From NCBI RefSeq assembly GCF_009914755.1, contig NC_060933.1: a stretch of DNA of 64,000 nucleotides; one strand, 5' to 3'. A program made the position numbers and the translations under genes. The DNA is from the human T2T-CHM13v2.0 reference genome, Homo sapiens. Below are positions 1 to 11,149 of the stretch, piece by piece (the stretch's first letter is position 1; each line of letters starts with the position of its first letter). The notes below the pieces were generated by a model. That model saw only the letters and a list, made by a program, of their open reading frames with translations. It was not told where the DNA came from and made no database searches.

Positions 1-2105
1 ATAGAATGGAATGGAATGGAATGGAACGGAATGGAATGGAATGGAATGGAATGGAATGGAATGGAATGGAATGGAATCAACCCGAGTGCAGGGGAATGGA
101 ATGGAATGGAATGCAATGGAATGGAATCATCCGGAATGGAATAGAATGGAATGGAATGCAATCAACCTGATGAAATGGAATGGAGTGGAATGGAATGGAA
201 TGGAATGGAAACATCCCGAATGGAATGAAATGTAATGGAGTGTAAGGGAATTGAATAGAATCAATCTGAATGTAACGGAATGGAATGGAATGAAATAGAA
301 TGGAATGGAATGGAATGGAATCAACCCGAGGGCAATGGAATGGATTCGAATGGAATGGAATGGAATGGAATGGATTCAACAAGAATGGAATGGAAAGGAA
401 TGGAATCAACCCGAGTGTAATGGCATGGAATGGAACGGAATGGAATGGGATGGAATGGAATGGTACGGAATAGAATGGAATGGAATGAAATGGAATGGAA
501 TGGAATGGAATGGAATGGAATGGAATGGAATGGAATGAAGCCGTGTGCAATGGAATGGAATGGAGTGGAATGGAATGGATTCAACTCGAATGGAATCCAC
601 TCGATTGCAATGGAATGGAATGGAATTGAAAGGAATAGAATGGAATCAACCCGAGTGGAATGGAATGGAAAGGACTGGAATGGAGTGGAGTGGAATGGAA
701 TGGAATTAACCCGAATAGAATGAAATGGAACGGAATGGAATGGAATGTAATGGAATGTAATGGAATGGAATCAACCCGAGTGCAGGGGAATGGAATGGAA
801 TGGAATGCAATGGAATGGAATCATCCGGAATGGAATGGAATGGAGTGGAATGGAATGGAATGGAATAGAATGGAACGGAATTAACACGAATAGAATGGAA
901 TGGAATGGAATGGAATGGAACAGAAAGGAATGGAATGGAATGGAATGGAATCAACCCAAGTGCAGGGGAATGGAGTGGAATGGAATTCAATGGAATGGAA
1001 TCATCCGGAATGGAATGGAATGGAATGGAATGGAATGGAATTGAATGGAATGGAATGGAATCAACCCGAGTGCAATGGAATGGAGAGGAATGGAATGGAA
1101 TGGAATGGAAACTACACGAATGGAATGGAATGTAATGGAGTGTACGGGAATTGAATAGAATGAATCCGAATGTAATGGAATGGAATGGAATGGAAAGGAA
1201 TGGAATGGAATGGAATGGAATGGAATGGAATGGAATGGAATGCAATGCCATGGAATCAACCCGAGTGCAATCGAATGGAATCGAATGGAATGGAATGCAA
1301 TGGAATGGATTCAACTTGAATGGAATGGAAAGAATGGAATCAACACGAGTGGAATGGCATGGATTGGAATGGAATGGAATGGAATCAACACGAGTACAGG
1401 GGAATGGAATGGAATGGAATGAAATGGAATGGAATCATCCATAATGTAATGGAAAGGAATGGAATGGAATGGAATGGAATGGAATGGAATGGAATGGAAT
1501 CAACTCGATTGCAATTGAATGGAATGGAATGGAATTAACCCGAATAGAATGGAATGGAATGGAATGGAATGGAACGGAACGGAATGGAAAGGAATGGAAT
1601 GGAATGGAACGGATCGGAATGGAATGGAATGGAATGGAATGGAATGGAATCAACGCGAGTGCAGGGGAATGGAATGGAATGGAATGCAATGGAATGGAAA
1701 CTTCCGGAATGGGACGGAATGGAATGGAATAGAATGGAATGGAATGGAATGGAAAGGAATCAACCCGAGTACAGGGGAATGGAATGGAATGGAATGCTAT
1801 GGAATCGAATCATCCGTAATGGAATGGAAAGGAATGGAATGGAATGGAAAAGAATGGAATGGAATGGAATGGAATGGAATGGAATCAACTCGATTGCAAT
1901 CGAATGGAATGGAATGGAATTAACCCGAATAGAATGGAATGGAAGGGAATGGAACGGAAGGGAACGGAATGGAATGGAATGGAATGGAATGGAATGGAAT
2001 GGAACGGAAAGGAATGGAATGGAATGGAATGGAATGGAATGGAATGGAATGGAATGGAATCAACGCGAGTGCAGGGGAATGGAATGGAATGGAATGCAAT
2101 GGAAA

Positions 2106-2120
2106 GGAATCTTCCGGAAT
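2106..2120. promoter_or_regulatory. Perfect three-unit heat-shock element nGAAnnTTCnnGAAn (representative of ~33 copies)
   Basis: The sequence GGAAT-CTTCC-GGAAT matches the canonical HSF1 inverted-pentamer consensus. The motif match is direct; function is inferred. Confidence 0.55.
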
Positions 2121-2339
2121 GGAATGGAATGGAATGGAATGGAATGGAATGGAATGGAATAAACCCGAGTGCAATGGAATGGAGTGGAATGGAATGGAAT
2201 GGAATGGAACAACCCGAATGGAATGGAATGTAATGGAGAGTAAGGGATTTGAATAGAATCAATCCGAATGTAATGGAATGGAATGGAACGGAATGGAATT
2301 GAATGGAATGGAATGGAATGCAATGGAATGGAATCAACC

Positions 2340-5300
2340 CGAGTGCAATGGAATGGAGAGGAATGGAATGGAATGGAATGGAAACTACCCGAATGGAATG
2401 GAATGTAATGGAGTGTAAGGGAATTGAATAGAATCAATCCGAATGTAAAGGAATGGAATGGAACGGAATGGAATGGAATGGAATGGAATGGAATGGAATG
2501 CAATGGAATGGAATCAACCCGAGTGCAATCGAATGGAATCGAATGCAATGGAATGGATTCAAGTTGAATGGAATGGAATGAATGGAATCAACACGAGTGG
2601 AAGGGCATGGATTGGAATGCAATGGAATGGAATCAAACCGAGTACAGGGGAATGGAATGGAATGGAATGCAATGGAATGGAATCATCCGTAATGGAATGG
2701 AAAGGAATGGAATGGAATGGAATGGAATGGAATGGAATGGAATGGAATCAACACGATTGGAATCGAATGGAATGGAATGGAATTAACCCGAATAGAATGG
2801 AATGGAATGGAATGGATCGAAACGGAATGGAATGGAATGGAATGGAATGGAATGGAACGGAACGGAATGGAATGGAATGGAATGGAATGGAATGGAAAGG
2901 AATGGAATCAACGCGAGTGCAGGGGAATGGAATGTAATGGAATGCAATGGAATGGAATCTTCCGGAATGGAATGGAATGTAATGGAATCAACCCGAGTGC
3001 AATGGAATGGAGTGGAATGGAATGGAATGGAATGGAACAACCCGAATGGAATCGAATGTAATGGAGAGTAAGGGAATTGAATAGAATCAATCCGAATGTA
3101 ATGGAATGGAATGGAACGGAATGGAATGGAATGGAATGGAATGGAATGGAATGGAATGCAATGGAATGGAATCAACCCGAGTGCAATCGAATGGAATGGA
3201 ATGCAATGGAATGCAATGGAATGGATTCAACTAGAATGGAATGGAAAGAATGGAATCAACAAGAGTGGAAGGGCATGGATTGGAATGGAATGGAATGGAA
3301 TCAACCCGAGTACAGGGGAATGGAATGGAATGTAATGCAATGGAATGGAATCATCCGTAATGGAATGGAAAGGAATGGAATGCAATGGAATGGAATGGAA
3401 TGGAAAAAATTGGTTGCAATCGAATGGAATTGAATGGAATTAACCCGAATAGAATGGAATGGAATGGAATGGAACTGAACTGAATGGAATGGAATGGAAT
3501 GGAATGGAATGGAATGGAATGGAATGGAAAGGAAAGGAAGAGAATGGAATGGAATAGAGTGGAATAGAATGGAATCAACGCGAGTGCAGGGGAATGGAAT
3601 GGAATGGAATGGAATCGAATGGAATGGAATGGAATTAACCGGAATAGAATGGAATGGAATGGAATGGAACGGAATGGAATGGAATGGAATGGAATGGAAT
3701 GGAATGGAATGGAATCAACCCGAGTGCAGGGGAATGGAATGGAATGGAATGCAATGGAATGGAATCATCCGGAATGGAATGGAATGGAATGGAATGCAAT
3801 CAACCTGATGCAATGGAATGGAGTGGAATGGAATGGAATGCAATGGAAACATCCCGAATGGAATGGAATGGAATGGAGTGTAAGGGAATTGAATAGAATC
3901 AATCCGAATGTAATGGAATGCAATGGAATGAAATGGAATGGAATGGAATGGAATGGAATCAACCCGAGTGCAATGGAATGGATTCGAATGGAATGGAATG
4001 GAATGGAATGGATTCAAAAAGAATGGAATGGAAAGGAATGGAATCAACCCGAGTGTAATGGCATGGAATGGAACGGAATGGAATGGGATGGAATGGAATG
4101 GTATGGAATATAATGGAATGGAATGAAATGGAATGGAATGGAATGGAATGGAATGGAATGGAATGGAATGAACCCGTGTGCAATGGAATGGAATGGAATG
4201 AAATGGAATGGAATGGAATGGAATGGAATGGAATAGAATGGAATGCAATGGAATGGAATGCAATGGAATGGAATCAACCCGAGTGAAATGGAATGGAGAG
4301 GAATGGAATGGAATGGAATGGAAACTACCCGAATGGAATGGAATGTAATGGAGTGTAAGGGAATTGAATAGAATCAATCCGAATGTAATGGAATGGAATG
4401 GAACGGAATGGAATGGAATGGAATGGAATGGAATGGAATGGAATGGAATGCAATCAACCCGAGTGCAATCGAATGGAATCGAAACGAATGCAATGCAATG
4501 GAATGGGTTCAACTTGAATGGAATGGAAAGAATGGAATCAACACGAGTGGAATGGCATGGATTGGAATGGAATGGAATGGAATCAACCCGAGTACAGGGG
4601 AATGGAATGGAATGGAATGCAATGGAATGGAATCATCCGTAATGGAATGGAAAGGAATGGAATGGAATGGAATGGAATGGAAAGGAATGGAATGGAATTA
4701 ACCCGAATAGAATGGAATGGAATGGAATGGAACGGAACGGAACGGAATGGAAGGGAATGGAATGGAATGGAATGGAATGGAACGGAAAGGAATGGAATGA
4801 AATGGAATGGAGTGGAATGGAATGGAATGGAATCAACGCGAGTGCAGGGGAATGGAATGGAATGGAATGCAATGGAATGGAATCTTCCGGAATGGAATGG
4901 AATGGAATGGAATGGAATGGAATGGAATGGAATAAACCCGAGTGCAATGGAATGGAGTGGAATGGAATGGAATGGAATGGAACAAGCCGAATGGAATGGA
5001 ATGTAATGGAGAGTAAGGGAGTTGAATAGAATCAATCCGAATGTAATGGAATGGAATGGAACGGAATGGAATTGAATGGAATGGGATGGAATGCAATGGA
5101 ATGGAATCAACCCGAGTGCAATGGAATGGAGAGGAATGGAATGGAATGGAATGGAAACTACCCGAATGGAATGGAATGTAATGGAGTGTAAGGGAATTGA
5201 ATAGAATCAATCCGAATGTAATGGAATGGAATGGAACGGAATGGAATGGAATGGAATGGAATGGAATGGAATGCAATGGAATGGAATCAACCCGAGTGCA

Positions 5301-8300
5301 ATCGAATGGAATCGAATGCAATGGAATGGATTCAACTTGAATGGAATGGAATGAATGGAATCAACACGAGTGGAAGGGCATGGATTGGAATGCAATGGAA
5401 TGGAATCAACCCGAGTACAGGGGAATGGAATGGAATGGAATGCAATGGAATGGAATCATCCGTAATGGAATGGAAAGGAATGGAATGGAATGGAATGGAA
5501 TGGAATGGAATGGAATGGAATGGAATGGAATCAACACGATTGGAATCAAATGGAATGGAATGGAATTAACCCGAATAGAATGGAATGGAATGGAATGGAT
5601 CGAAACGGAATGGAATGGAATGGAATGGAATGGAATGGAATGGAACGGAACGGAATGGAATGGAATGGAATGGAATGGAATGGAAAGGAATGGAATCAAC
5701 GCGAGTGCAGGGGAATGGAATGTAATGGAATGCAATGGAATGGAATCTTCCGGAATGGAATGGAATGTAATGGAATCAACCCGAGTGCAATGGAATGGAG
5801 TGGAATGGAATGGAATGGAATGGAACAACCCGAATGGAATCGAATGTAATGGAGAGTAAGGGAATTGAATAGAATCAATCCGAATGTAATGGAATGGAAT
5901 GGAACGGAATGGAATGGAATGGAATGGAATGGAATGGAATGGAATGCAATGGAATGGAATCAACCCGAGTGCAATCGAATGGAATGGAATGCAATGGAAT
6001 GCAATGGAATGGATTCAACTAGAATGGAATGGAAAGAATGGAATCAACAAGAGTGGAAGGGCATGGATTGGAATGGAATGGAATGGAATCAACCCGAGTA
6101 CAGGGGAATGGAATGGAATGTAATGCAATGGAATGGAATCATCCGTAATGGAATGGAAAGGAATGGAATGCAATGGAATGGAATGGAATGGAAAAAATTG
6201 GTTGCAATCGAATGGAATTGAATGGAATTAACCCGAATAGAATGGAATGGAATGGAATGGAACGGAACTGAATGGAATGGAATGGAATGGAATGGAATGG
6301 AATGGAATGGAATGGAAAGGAAAGGAAGAGAATGGAATGGAATAGAGTGGAATAGAATGGAATCAACGCGAGTGCAGGGGAATGGAATGGAATGGAATGG
6401 AATCGAATGGAATGGAATGGAATTAACCGGAATAGAATGGAATGGAATGGAATCTAATGGAATGGAATGGAATTAACCGGAATAGAATGGAATGGAATGG
6501 AATGGAACGGAATGGAATGGAATGGAATGGAATGGAATGGAATGGAATGGAATCAACCCGAGTGCAGGGGAATGGAATGGAATGGAATGCAATGGAATGG
6601 AATCATCCGGAATGGAATGGAATGGAATGGAATGCAATCAACCTGATGCAATGGAATGGAGTGGAATGGAATGGAATGCAATGGAAACATCCCGAATGGA
6701 ATGGAATGGAATGGAGTGTAAGGGAATTGAATAGAATCAATCCGAATGTAATGGAATGCAATGGAATGAAATGGAATGGAATGGAATGGAATGGAATCAA
6801 CCCGAGTGCAATGGAATGGATTCGAATGGAATGGAATGGAATGGAATGGATTCAAAAAGAATGGAATGGAAAGGAATGGAATCAACCCGAGTGTAATGGC
6901 ATGGAATGGAACGGAATGGAATGGGATGGAATGGAATGGTATGGAATATAATGGAATGGAATGAAATGGAATGGAATGGAATGGAATGTAATGGAATGGA
7001 ATGGAATGAACCCGTGTGCAATGGAATGGAATGGAATGAAATGGAATGGAATGGAATGGAATGGAATAGAATGGAATGCAATGGAATGGAATGCAATGGA
7101 ATGGAATCAACCCGAGTGAAATGGAATGGAGAGGAATGGAATGGAATGGAATGGAAACTACCCGAATGGAATGGAATGTAATGGAGTGTAAGGGAATTGA
7201 ATAGAATCAATCCGAATGTAATGGAATGGAATGGAACGGAATGGAATGGAATGGAATGGAATGGAATGTAATGGAATGCAATCAACCCGAGTGCAATCGA
7301 ATGGAATCGAAACGAATGCAATGCAATGGAATGGGTTCAACTTGAATGGAATGGAAAGAATGGAATCAACACGAGTGGAATGGCATGGATTGGAATGGAA
7401 TGGAATGGAATCAACCCGAGTACAGGGGAATGGAATGGAATGGAATGCAATGGAATGGAATCATCCGTAATGGAATGGAAAGGAATGGAATGGAATGGAA
7501 TGGAATGGAATGGAATGGAATGGAATTAACCCGAATAGAATGGAATGGAATGGAATGGAACGGAACGGAACGGAATGGAAGGGAATGGAATGGAATGGAA
7601 TGGAATGGAACGGAAAGGAATGGAATGAAATGGAATGGAGTGGAATGGAATGGAATGGAATCAACGCGAGTGCAGGGGAATGGAATGGAATGGAATGCAA
7701 TGGAATGGAATCTTCCGGAATGGAATGGAATGGAATGGAATGGAATGGAATGGAATGGAATAAACCCGAGTGCAATGGAATGGAGTGGAATGGAATGGAA
7801 TGGAATGGAACAACCCGAATGGAATGGAATGTAATGGAGAGTAAGGGAGTTGAATAGAATCAATCCGAATGTAATGGAATGGAATGGAACGGAATGGAAT
7901 TGAATGGAATGGGATGGAATGCAATGGAATGGAATCAACCCGAGTGCAATGGAATGGAGAGGAATGGAATGGAATGGAATGGAAACTACCCGAATGGAAT
8001 GGAATGTAATGGAGTGTAAGGGAATTGAATAGAATCAATCCGAATGTAATGGAATGGAATGGAACGGAATGGAATGGAATGGAATGGAATGGAATGCAAT
8101 GGAATGGAATCAACCCGAGTGCAATCGAATGGAATCGAATGCAATGGAATGGATTCAACTTGAATGGAATGGAATGAATGGAATCAACACGAGTGGAAGG
8201 GCATGGATTGGAATGCAATGGAATGGAATCAACCCGAGTACAGGGGAATGGAATGGAATGGAATGCAATGGAATGGAATCATCCGTAATGGAATGGAAAG

Positions 8301-10990
8301 GAATGGAATGGAATGGAATGGAATGGAATGGAATGGAATGGAATGGAATGGAATCAACACGATTGGAATCGAATGGAATGGAATGGAATTAACCCGAATA
8401 GAATGGAATGGAATGGAATGGATCGAAACGGAATGGAATGGAATGGAATGGAATGGAATGGAACGGAACGGAATGGAATGGAATGGAATGGAATGGAATG
8501 GAAAGGAATGGAATCAACGCGAGTGCAGGGGAATGGAATGTAATGGAATGCAATGGAATGGAATCTTCCGGAATGGAATGGAATGTAATGGAATCAACCC
8601 GAGTGCAATGGAATGGAGTGGAATGGAATGGAATGGAATGGAACAACCCGAATGGAATCGAATGTAATGGAGAGTAAGGGAATTGAATAGAATCAATCCG
8701 AATGTAATGGAATGGAATGGAACGGAATGGAATGGAATGGAATGGAATGGAATGGAATGGAATGCAATGGAATGGAATCAACCCGAGTGCAATCGAATGG
8801 AATGGAATGCAATGGAATGCAATGGAATGGATTCAACTAGAATGGAATGGAAAGAATGGAATCAACAAGAGTGGAAGGGCATGGATTGGAATGGAATGGA
8901 ATGGAATCAACCCGAGTACAGGGGAATGGAATGGAATGGAATGCAATGGAATGGAATCATCCGTAATGGAATGGAAAGGAATGGAATGGAATGGAATGGA
9001 ATGGAATGGAAAAAATTGGTTGCAATCGAATGGAATTGAATGGAATTAACCCGAATAGAATGGAATGGAATGGAATGGAACGGAACTGAATGGAATGGAA
9101 TGGAATGGAATGGAATGGAATGGAATGGAAAGGAAAGGAAGGGAATGGAATGGAATAGAGTGGAATAGAATGGAATCAACGCGAGTGCAGGGGAATGGAA
9201 TGGAATGGAATGGAATCGAATGGAATGGAATGGAATTAACCGGAATAGAATGGAATGGAATGGAATGGAACGGAATGGAATGGAATGGAATGGAATGGAA
9301 TGGAATGGAATGGAATCAACCCGAGTGTAGGGGAATGGAATGGAATGGAATGCAATGGAATGGAATCATCCGGAATGGAATGGAATGGAATGGAATGCAA
9401 TCAACCTGATGCAATGGAATGGAGTGGAATGGAATGGAATGCAATGGAAACATCCCGAATGGAATGGAATGGAATGGAGTGTAAGGGAATTGAATAGAAT
9501 CAATCCGAATGTAATGGAATGGAATGGAATGAAATGGAATGGAATGGAATGGAATGGAATCAACCCGAGTGCAATGGAATGGATTCGAATGGAATGGAAT
9601 GGAATGGATTCAAAAAGAATGGAATGGAAAGGAATGGAATCAACCCGAGTGTAATGGCATGGAATGGAACGGAATGGAATGGGATGGAATGGAATGGTAT
9701 GGAATATAATGGAATGGAATGAAATGGAATGGAATGGAATGGAATGGAATGGAATGGAATGGAATGAACCCGTGTGCAATGGAATGGAATGGAATGAAAT
9801 GGAATGGAATGGAATGGAATGGAATGGAATGGAATGGAATGGAATGGAATGGAATGGAATGCAATGGAATGGAATGCAATGGAATGGAATGGAATGGAAT
9901 GGAATGGAATGGAATGGAATGGAATGGAATGCAATGGAATGGAATGCAATGGAATGGAATCAACCCGAGTGAAATGGAATGGAGAGGAATGGAATGGAAT
10001 GGAATGGAAACTACCCGAATGGAATGGAATGTAATGGAGTGTAAGGGAATTGAATAGAATCAATCCGAATGTAATGGAATGGAATGGAACGGAATGGAAT
10101 GGAATGGAATGGAATGGAATGGAATGGAATGGAATGCAATCAACCCGAGTGCAATCGAATGGAATCGAAACGAATGCAATGCAATGGAATGGGTTCAACT
10201 TGAATGGAATGGAAAGAATGGAATCAACACGAGTGGAATGGCATGGATTGGAATAGAATGGAATGGAATCAACCCGAGTACAGGGGAATGGAATGGAATG
10301 GAATGCAATGGAATGGAATCATCCGTAATGGAATGGAAAGGAATGGAATGGAATGGAATGGAATGGAATGGAATGGAATGGAATTAACCCGAATAGAATG
10401 GAATGGAATGGAATGGAACGGAACGGAAAGGAATGGAAGGGAATGGAATGGAATGGAATGGAATGGAACGGAAAGGAATGGAATGAAATGGAATGGAGTG
10501 GAATGGAATGGAATGGAATCAACGCGAGTGCAGGGGAATGGAATGGAATGGAATGCAATGGAATGGAATCTTCCGGAATGGAATGGAATGGAATGGAATG
10601 GAATGGAATGGAATAAACCCGAGTGCAATGGAATGGAGTGGAATGGAATGGAATGGAATGGAACAACCCGAATGGAATGGAATGTAATGGAGAGTAAGGG
10701 AGTTGAATAGAATCAATCCGAATGTAATGGAATGGAATGGAACGGAATGGAATTGAATGGAATGGGATGGAATGCAATGGAATGGAATCAACCCGAGTGC
10801 AATGGAATGGAGAGGAATGGAATGGAATGGAATGGAAACTACCCGAATGGAATGGAATGTAATGGAGTGTAAGGGAATTGAATAGAATCAATCCGAATGT
10901 AATGGAATGGAATGGAACGGAATGGAATGGAATGGAATGGAATGGAATGCAATGGAATGGAATCAACCCGAGTGCAATCGAATGGAATCG
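2340..10990 (+). repeat. ~2.8-kb higher-order repeat, about three near-identical tandem copies
   Basis: Rare words recur three times at ~2.76-2.86 kb spacing: GGATCGAAACGG (~2815, ~5597, ~8420), GGAAAAAATTGGTTGC (~3402, ~6190, ~9008), GATTCAAAAAGAAT (~4011, ~6849, ~9607), GGGTTCAACTTG (~4505, ~7333, ~10191). Confidence 0.92.
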
Positions 10991-11107
10991 AATGGAATGG
11001 AATGCAATGGAATGGATTCAACTTGAATGGAATGGAAAGAATGGAATCAACACGAGTGGAATGGCATGGATTGGAATGGAATGGAATGGAATCAACCCGA
11101 GTACAGG
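10961..11107 (+). repeat. pHuR98-like SatIII module (representative copy; clean copies also at 35409-35555 and 49228-49374, plus many variants)
   Basis: AATCAACCCGAGTGCAATCGAATGGAATCG...GATTCAACTTGAATGGAATGGAAAGAATGGAATCAACACGAGTGGAATGGCATGGATTGG...CAACCCGAGTACAGG. This resembles, from memory and not by alignment, the chr9 SatIII clone used for nuclear-stress-body probes. Confidence 0.6.
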
Positions 11108-11149
11108 GGAATGGAATGGAATGGAATGCAATGGAATGGAATCATCCGT

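Noticed and set aside
241-250. TAAGGG and TGCAGGGG words as telomere-like repeats or G-quadruplex seeds
   Set aside because: They are isolated single occurrences at least ~175 bp apart, with no TTAGGG arrays and no four closely spaced G3 tracts.
1700-1707. Perfect ETS site CCGGAAGT on the minus strand (also 26715-26722), and a STAT-like TTCCGGAA
   Set aside because: Only two copies, arising from one substitution in a GGAA-rich background. TTC-N2-GAA has the wrong spacing for a GAS element.
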